Shown piece after piece: positions 1 to 6,779 of a stretch of 16,065 nt of DNA. The notes beneath the pieces were generated by a model that saw nothing but the letters and a program-made list of their open reading frames with translations, was not told the DNA's origin and made no database searches. The number at the start of each line of letters is the position of its first letter. Within the stretch, counting starts at the first letter, position 1. The position numbers were made by a program, and so were the translations under genes. Source of the stretch: Tubiluchus corallicola (lineage: Eukaryota > Animalia > Priapulida). The stretch covers positions 1 to 16,065 of the forward strand of contig JAQGDQ010002431.1 of the NCBI GenBank assembly GCA_030141605.1. The letters are read 5' to 3'.

Positions 1-1298
1 CATTTTAGATTGTATTGCCTCAATATTGCATTAAATTCTTTAATATACCTTGGTAGTACTTTAGGATTTACAGCCGTATCTTCTACTATCGTTACTGGCT
101 TTTTATCACCTCTAATATTAGAGAGCGAGCCAAGACCAGCCTTTCGCAAAGCCCAGACTTTATTAATATTGGTGCCTTCTACTAATGGGAAATGATAACC
201 ATAACCTGATTGACGCATCAAAGCTTCTGTCTCTTTTGCCAGTGCTTTCAACTCTTTCAAGCTCTCTCTTGCCCATTCTATTATTAGTATTGCCTTGGGA
301 GTACCTTTAATAAAAAATCTGTTTTTTTGCTGTAAATTGATTGCCGTACTACTGATAATGGCTATTTCATCTATCATTTCAATAGAGTTAGGTTTTTGTC
401 GAAGAGCAAGCAAGTTGGCATCAAATGCTTCTTCCAGTTTCTTATCAAAATGCACACACAGTAATCCTTTATGCTTTGGAGGCACAGGCACAAGATTGAG
501 CTTCGCTTCTGTAACAAAGGCTAAAGTTCCCTCCGAACCTGCTATCAGTTTACAGAGGTTAAACCCCTCTCCTCTCCTATTAAAAGGCTTTTGTTGCAAC
601 AATAAATCTATGGCATATCCTGTGTTTCTTCTTTTTATTTCAGGGTCTGGGTATTGGCGGGTAATTTCCTTTTGATTCTCCCTGTCGGACAATATCTCGT
701 CTGTTTTTTTGTATATTTTACTTTCTAAGGTATTTCCCTCTAATTTCTGTAGATATTCCTCTGTGGTCAGTTCTTTGAGGATAATTTCTGAACCATCGCT
801 CAATAAGGCATTTATTTCGAGTGTGTGGTCTCTGGTAGAACCATAGATAATAGAATTAGCTCCGCAAGAGTTGTTGCCTAGCATCCCTCCTATCATACAA
901 CGATTTGAAGTAGATGTTTCTGGGGGAAAAAATAAGCCATAACGTTTCAACTCTATATTTAATTCATCTAAAACAACAGCAGGTTGAACTTTCACCCATC
1001 TCTCTTTTGTATTTACTTCTACTATTTGGTTCATATACTTAGAAGTATCCACAATTATTCCATCGCTTACAACTTGTCCTGCAAGTGATGTTCCTGCCGT
1101 TCTTGGCGTAATTGATATATTGTTTTTCTTCGCAAATTCTATTACTTTTTTAATATCGTCTTTGTCTTTGGGATATACAACTGCTAAAGGTTTTTGCTTG
1201 TAAGGCGATGCATCGGTAGCGTACATTATCTTATGGCTTATATCGTTAAAAACCTCTCCTTTTATTTCTTTGCTTAGTTGCTGAAATATGGCAGACAT
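1..1298 (-). CDS. FAD-binding / FAD-linked oxidase family oxidoreductase (GlcD/D-lactate dehydrogenase-like), 5' part; runs off the window
   Basis: Not in the ORF track because it has no stop in the window. Manual translation from ATG at 1298: MSAIFQQLSKEIKGEVFNDISHKIMYATDASPYKQKPLAVVYPKD..., with RTAGTSLAGQ and GGMLGNNSCGA motifs and KPVTIVEDTAV...LPRYIKEF near the window edge. A TAGCTTTG promoter motif lies upstream (1339-1346, minus). Confidence 0.85.
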   Translation of the reverse strand, partial: MSAIFQQLSKEIKGEVFNDISHKIMYATDASPYKQKPLAVVYPKDKDDIKKVIEFAKKNNISITPRTAGTSLAGQVVSDGIIVDTSKYMNQIVEVNTKERWVKVQPAVVLDELNIELKRYGLFFPPETSTSNRCMIGGMLGNNSCGANSIIYGSTRDHTLEINALLSDGSEIILKELTTEEYLQKLEGNTLESKIYKKTDEILSDRENQKEITRQYPDPEIKRRNTGYAIDLLLQQKPFNRRGEGFNLCKLIAGSEGTLAFVTEAKLNLVPVPPKHKGLLCVHFDKKLEEAFDANLLALRQKPNSIEMIDEIAIISSTAINLQQKNRFFIKGTPKAILIIEWARESLKELKALAKETEALMRQSGYGYHFPLVEGTNINKVWALRKAGLGSLSNIRGDKKPVTIVEDTAVNPKVLPRYIKEFNAILRQYNLK

Positions 1299-1433
1299 AT
1301 TAAATCTGTTTTACTTTATGGAATTCAAAAATTCTACACAAAGCTACTATAAAAATAACACTATATCTTAGTGAGTTTAAACGAATATTTTGTGCAAGCT
1401 ACTGACAAGCAGACTTATAAGTTCTTTTTTGCC

Positions 1434-4400
1434 ATTGTGAATTGCTTTTAAATTGTATCTTTGTATAGGTGCGGTTAGATCACCAACAAATAGATGGCTG
1501 TTGTGAATTGCTTTTAAATTGTATCTTTGTATAGGACGCCCGTTTACAAGTTGTTGGGCTACTTCGTTGTGAATTGCTTTTAAATTGTATCTTTGTATAG
1601 GATTACATAAAAACGCAGCAGACGCAGGTGGTTGTGAATTGCTTTTAAATTGTATCTTTGTATAGGGGGTGGCCCTCGAGCAATAGAAATGACGGGGTTG
1701 TGAATTGCTTTTAAATTGTATCTTTGTATAGGCTCCTTAGCTATTTCCAGTTCTTGAGACTTGTTGTGAATTGCTTTTAAATTGTATCTTTGTATAGGTT
1801 CGAGAGAATTTTCGCTCAGTCTTTCTTTGTTGTGAATTGCTTTTAAATTGTATCTTTGTATAGGGGAATTTCTTTTGGACTGAATCACGTTATGTTGTGA
1901 ATTGCTTTTAAATTGTATCTTTGTATAGGATAAAGTGGCAACGAAAAAAACAAAAGAAAGTTGTGAATTGCTTTTAAATTGTATCTTTGTATAGGCCCGG
2001 GTAAGATTCGAGAAACTCCTCTGAAGTTGTGAATTGCTTTTAAATTGTATCTTTGTATAGGTTCAAAATAATAATCAGGATAATTGCTTTCGTTGTGAAT
2101 TGCTTTTAAATTGTATCTTTGTATAGGTTTCCTTACGGAATTAGTTGTGAGCGGTAAGTTGTGAATTGCTTTTAAATTGTATCTTTGTATAGGAGTGCAA
2201 AATTCAATGTTTGAGCACTTGGGTTGTGAATTGCTTTTAAATTGTATCTTTGTATAGGTAAGAAATTTTCCATTTTGCGTAACCGTAGTTGTGAATTGCT
2301 TTTAAATTGTATCTTTGTATAGGTGTGAACTCTTGAAAAAACATTTTCAATGGTTGTGAATTGCTTTTAAATTGTATCTTTGTATAGGCATAAACGACAT
2401 AATAATAAACAAATTTTAGTTGTGAATTGCTTTTAAATTGTATCTTTGTATAGGTAACTGTACGCCGTTTGCTAACTATTTTTGTTGTGAATTGCTTTTA
2501 AATTGTATCTTTGTATAGGGATTATTGTGTAAGTAAAATAGAGGTTTCTGTTGTGAATTGCTTTTAAATTGTATCTTTGTATAGGAAATCTTATTGACCT
2601 TGTTCTAAATGATCTGTTGTGAATTGCTTTTAAATTGTATCTTTGTATAGGCAACAGTTTCAACGATGACAGAGGTTTCTGGTTGTGAATTGCTTTTAAA
2701 TTGTATCTTTGTATAGGAGCTGACTGTGGCTATAGAACGCTTAGAGGGTTGTGAATTGCTTTTAAATTGTATCTTTGTATAGGATCTAGGGCAGGTATCC
2801 AGTTCTCAACTGAGTTGTGAATTGCTTTTAAATTGTATCTTTGTATAGGCTCTCTAACGGACTTGAGTTTTTTTCTAAAGTTGTGAATTGCTTTTAAATT
2901 GTATCTTTGTATAGGGCCCGCCACAAAATAGAGCTGCGTATCCGAGTTGTGAATTGCTTTTAAATTGTATCTTTGTATAGGATCATATCGTGGCTAAGTT
3001 TCACATTTTAGTTGTGAATTGCTTTTAAATTGTATCTTTGTATAGGTGCTATCATTGTTGCGAAAACATCTTCTGCGTTGTGAATTGCTTTTAAATTGTA
3101 TCTTTGTATAGGTTCAAGCACGTTTTTCAATTTTTGCATTAGTTGTGAATTGCTTTTAAATTGTATCTTTGTATAGGACGCAACTTATCGCCCAAAAAGC
3201 AAGAATTGTTGTGAATTGCTTTTAAATTGTATCTTTGTATAGGCCTGCGGCGTCTTTTACTATTACGTTTTCAGTTGTGAATTGCTTTTAAATTGTATCT
3301 TTGTATAGGAAGGGCGGTTAAAAATACAACCGAAGAGGCGTTGTGAATTGCTTTTAAATTGTATCTTTGTATAGGATGTTGAAAAGTGAAAGTGTGCGAG
3401 TTGCGTTGTGAATTGCTTTTAAATTGTATCTTTGTATAGGCAGACGCTTTCGAGCCGTATTACTGCTCTTGTTGTGAATTGCTTTTAAATTGTATCTTTG
3501 TATAGGTAGCCCATTAAAGATAGAAGGGACTAATCAGTTGTGAATTGCTTTTAAATTGTATCTTTGTATAGGGAAAGAAAAGCCGTCGTATATGATTTAC
3601 GGGTTGTGAATTGCTTTTAAATTGTATCTTTGTATAGGGAAAGAAAAGCCGTCGTATATGATTTATGGGTTGTGAATTGCTTTTAAATTGTATCTTTGTA
3701 TAGGGGAAAGTGAGATTACCGTTGCTGGGTTTGAGTTGTGAATTGCTTTTAAATTGTATCTTTGTATAGGGTTCGTTGAAAAAGCTAAGCAGTGCGTGGG
3801 TTGTGAATTGCTTTTAAATTGTATCTTTGTATAGGACATAATGGGTTGTTCAAACAAATCGAAGAGTTGTGAATTGCTTTTAAATTGTATCTTTGTATAG
3901 GGAAAGATGCTAAATCTTACGGTTTCGTGACGTTGTGAATTGCTTTTAAATTGTATCTTTGTATAGGTCGTAATTTTGTAACGGCAGCTCTTAATAGTTG
4001 TGAATTGCTTTTAAATTGTATCTTTGTATAGGTCGACCTTCAGATCCTTACTGGGAGCGTGCGTTGTGAATTGCTTTTAAATTGTATCTTTGTATAGGAC
4101 AATAAAGCAGTGTCTGAACAGATGGCGGGTTGTGAATTGCTTTTAAATTGTATCTTTGTATAGGTCAGGAAGCATTCAACCAACTGGTAAACGGGTTGTG
4201 AATTGCTTTTAAATTGTATCTTTGTATAGGTATTCGGATTTAGGAACGACCGTCTCGGACGTTGTGAATTGCTTTTAAATTGTATCTTTGTATAGGCGTA
4301 GCTTTGTTTGCAAATATTAACAATAGTTGTGAATTGCTTTTAAATTGTATCTTTGTATAGGTTTTAACAGAAACAAGATTTGAACCCGTGCGTTGTGAAT

Positions 4401-4624
4401 TGCTTTTAAATTGTATCTTTGTATAGGAGATAATCAGATGGTGGTAGCTGGATATGCGTTGTGAATTGCTTTTAAATTGTATCTTTGTATAGGCCTCTCG
4501 CCAGTAGGTAGGTGGGAGAACGTGTTGTGAATTGCTTTTAAATTGTATCTTTGTATAGGAGCACGCAAAATCAAATGTTGACGGGATAGTTGTGAATTGC
4601 TTTTAAATTGTATCTTTGTATAGG
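1434..4624 (+). CRISPR. Type II-C CRISPR array, 49 repeats of GTTGTGAATTGCTTTTAAATTGTATCTTTGTATAGG (36 bp) and 48 spacers (35 of 30 bp, 13 of 29 bp)
   Basis: Repeats enumerated by hand from 1434 (first base A instead of G) to 4589-4624; all others appear identical. Plus orientation is supported by tracrRNA complementarity to the GTTGTGAATTGCT end, a TATCTTTG promoter-like motif in each repeat, and a terminator after the last repeat. Confidence 0.98.
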
Positions 4625-4653
4625 GTATTGCTTTCAATGCCCTATGCTTTTTT
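4618..4653 (+). terminator. Intrinsic terminator closing the array transcript
   Basis: GTATAGGGTATTG-CTTT-CAATGCCCTATGC forms a 13-bp stem (2 G-U pairs) followed by TTTTTT. The left arm includes the last 7 nt of repeat 49. Confidence 0.75.
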
Positions 4654-4692
4654 CCTTTTAGCGTGTTTGGGGAGTGAAAAAATAATTATTTT

Positions 4693-4748
4693 TTAGAATA
4701 GATATAACTGCTATGTAGGATTTTCCATTTCTGTAAGTTAACGTTGTG
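4693..4748 (-). pseudogene. Decayed duplicate of the cas2 3' end
   Basis: Translates HN-(frameshift)-*LTEMENPT*QLYLF*, versus cas2 [20 protein letters not shown]. Core 4715-4739 matches 5563-5587 at 23/25 nt. Confidence 0.85.
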
Positions 4749-4810
4749 GTTTTTTTATATGAAATTTAATTATTTTGTATTTATTTTAATTTTAAATCAA
4801 AATTTAGTTG

Positions 4811-4818
4811 TATATTTG
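4811..4818 (+). promoter_or_regulatory. Putative Bacteroidetes -7 promoter element for the mini-array RNA
   Basis: TATATTTG fits TAnnTTTG and lies ~40 nt upstream of the degenerate repeat. No clean TTTG -33 element at canonical spacing. Confidence 0.5.
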
Positions 4819-4857
4819 TTTTTTCACCTATATATTATTAGGTAAGAGAATATAGGA

Positions 4858-4946
4858 ATTGTGAATTGCTTTTAAATTGTATCTTGTATAGGAAACTCTC
4901 ATAAACTTCTTTGATTGCCTTTGTTGTGAATTGCTTTTAAATTGTA
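4858..4946 (+). CRISPR. Detached mini-array: degenerate repeat, 30-bp spacer, truncated repeat
   Basis: 4858-4892 ATTGTGAATTGCTTTTAAATTGTATCTTGTATAGG (G1A, one T deleted); spacer 4893-4922 AAACTCTCATAAACTTCTTTGATTGCCTTT; 4923-4946 is the first 24 nt of the repeat, after which it diverges. Confidence 0.9.
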
Positions 4947-5182
4947 CCTTATAAAAGCCACATATGCCCTTGATAGTTAATTTTTAAATAATTTAGGTAT
5001 TATCCTTTTGTAATAAAAAAATGCTTTCTTGAAAATTAGGGATAGTAATTTTTTAAACTTATTTTACTAAGAGTAAACGTCTTTCATATTTTTGATTAGA
5101 TAAAAGCCTTTAAAACTAACTCCTTTTCTTAAATTATCTATTATAGTGCTTAGTCCTCTTTCTGTGAAGCTAAAGATGTAAT

Positions 5183-5326
5183 AAAAACTGGCAGATACGG
5201 GAGATAAATTCAAAAACTACTGGCAGATTACGGTAGATAATTTCAAAAACAGCTGAAACAGCTGGTAGATTACGGGAGATAATTTCAAAAACAGCTGGTA
5301 GATAATTTCAAAAACAGCTGGTAGAT
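5183..5326. repeat. Imperfect tandem repeat, ~5 copies of AAAAACAGCTGGTAGAT(TACGGGAGAT)AATTTC (full units 23-42 bp, last copy partial)
   Basis: Unit starts at 5183, 5212, 5245, 5287 and 5310. Confidence 0.85.
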
Positions 5327-5414
5327 GATGAGGGATTTGCTGGCTATGAGGGATTTGCTGGCTATAAGGGATTTGCTGGCTATAAGCGATTATGTAACGA
5401 ATTATTTTGTTCAT
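5217..5414 (-). CDS. Hypothetical 65-aa repeat-rich, hydrophobic small protein; candidate Cas9-repressed gene or toxin
   Basis: ATG start in an AT-rich context downstream of a complete promoter (5499-5530); (Y/H)SQQIP x3 and YQLFLKLS-type repeats. No recognisable family, so it could be non-coding. Confidence 0.4.
   Translation of the reverse strand: MNKIIRYIIAYSQQIPYSQQIPHSQQIPHHLPAVFEIIYQLFLKLSPVIYQLFQLFLKLSTVICQ
5331..5384. repeat. 18-bp tandem repeat x3, AGGGATTTGCTGGCTATR
   Basis: Copies at 5331-5348, 5349-5366 and 5367-5384. Confidence 0.95.
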
Positions 5415-5498
5415 TTCATTTAAAAATAAATTAACTTCTTCCTATATTACTTACCCAATAATAAGTTATATTCACAACTAAAATTTTAAAAGGAACAA

Positions 5499-5530
5499 CA
5501 AATATAAATATTTTAAAAACAAAAAACAAA
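5499..5530 (-). promoter_or_regulatory. Putative Bacteroidetes sigma-70 promoter for the small ORF
   Basis: Minus strand TTTG (5530-5527), N20, TATATTTG (5506-5499): a full match to TTTG-N19-21-TAnnTTTG. Confidence 0.65.
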
Positions 5531-5534
5531 AAAA

Positions 5535-5879
<345 letters not shown>

Positions 5880-6779
5880 TTATTTTGGAAACTGTGGATA
5901 TTTTATTTTTCTCGTTTCTCCTGCCAAGCACTTTGCCAACGAAGCCGTAGTTTGTGTGGCAGCTATTTGTAGGGGGCTTGTTTTTTTATTGATTTTCACA
6001 TCTATTTGTCCAATACTTAGAAGTTTTGCTTTGTTTTCTTTACTTAGTTCCAAGTTTATCAGTGTACCTGTATTTTCTACTATTTTATAGACTATAGCAT
6101 CTACAAAAGGGCGGTAAGGTTCCATAATATCATCAGCAAGGCAGTAGGCGTTGTATTGATTTTGGTGGTGGATGCCTAAAGTGGGGTTAAGCCCAGTGCC
6201 TACCAATGCACGGGCTATTATAGCTCTTAGAATGGCATAGCCATAGTTGAGCAAGTTGTTAGGGTATTTCCCTTCGGGCTGCCTAATGAAGTTGGGTATA
6301 TAGCTTTTCCAATAATATGCCGAGGCTGTTCCTTCTGTATTGGTCGTATCTCCGCTTTTTACTTCTTTGGTAAGGGCTTTTAGCCGTGAAGAGGGTTTGC
6401 CTGTTGTTTCTAATACGCTGGCTTGATTGGCAATTTTGGCTACTATGGTTTGTTGCCACAGCTGTTTTTTCAATGCAATAGATGCGCTGATTTGCTCTCT
6501 CAACCTTTTGCTTTGTAGGGTGTTGCCTTCGAGGGATAGCATTATTCCTATGGGCATATGCTTGTCATTGCAGCTAATAACTGCTACATTGTTGCTTAGT
6601 AAGAATTGTAGAGCATAGTGTGTAATAGTTATACGATGGTGGTCGAGATACACTACTGCAAGGTCTTCCACAGCTATTTGCCCTATGGGTTCTTTGTTGT
6701 CTGTATTGTTGATTGTAAGTTGTTGATTTTTTATTTTTAGGTAGGCAGGGCTGTCAAGGTAAAGGGTACGTTTTATCAC
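5880..6779 (-). CDS. cas1: Type II CRISPR-associated endonuclease Cas1
   Basis: NLLNYGYAILRA, LGIHHQNQYNAYCLADDIMEPYRPFVD motifs; GTG start overlaps the cas9 stop (GTGA). Confidence 0.97.
   Translation of the reverse strand: MIKRTLYLDSPAYLKIKNQQLTINNTDNKEPIGQIAVEDLAVVYLDHHRITITHYALQFLLSNNVAVISCNDKHMPIGIMLSLEGNTLQSKRLREQISASIALKKQLWQQTIVAKIANQASVLETTGKPSSRLKALTKEVKSGDTTNTEGTASAYYWKSYIPNFIRQPEGKYPNNLLNYGYAILRAIIARALVGTGLNPTLGIHHQNQYNAYCLADDIMEPYRPFVDAIVYKIVENTGTLINLELSKENKAKLLSIGQIDVKINKKTSPLQIAATQTTASLAKCLAGETRKIKYPQFPK

Noticed and set aside
10-675. Plus-strand ORFs 10-195 and 295-675
   Set aside because: Antisense shadows of the oxidoreductase gene.
2411-2427. Spacer 15 end plus repeat (AAATTTTAGTTGTGAAT) equals minus 5486-5470
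   Set aside because: Nine of the 17 nt are repeat-derived and the rest is an A/T run; the flank is repeat sequence rather than a PAM.
2520-2681. Spacers 17 and 19 share AGAGGTTTCT near their 3' ends
   Set aside because: Only 10 nt, offset by one, with the rest unrelated; chance is plausible.
1470-4588. Self-targeting by main-array spacers
   Set aside because: No full or seed-length match seen by eye within the window; the rest of the genome cannot be assessed.
1580-4637. Minus-strand ORFs with PIQRYNLKAIHN repeats (1580-1888, 2472-2663, 2730-2924, 3663-3857, 4434-4637)
   Set aside because: Translations of the CRISPR repeat; the 66-bp period preserves frame.
5411-5419. ATG-AAA-TGA minigene overlapping the small ORF start
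   Set aside because: The same ATGAAATGA precedes era (15768-15776), so it is likely ordinary AT-rich start context.
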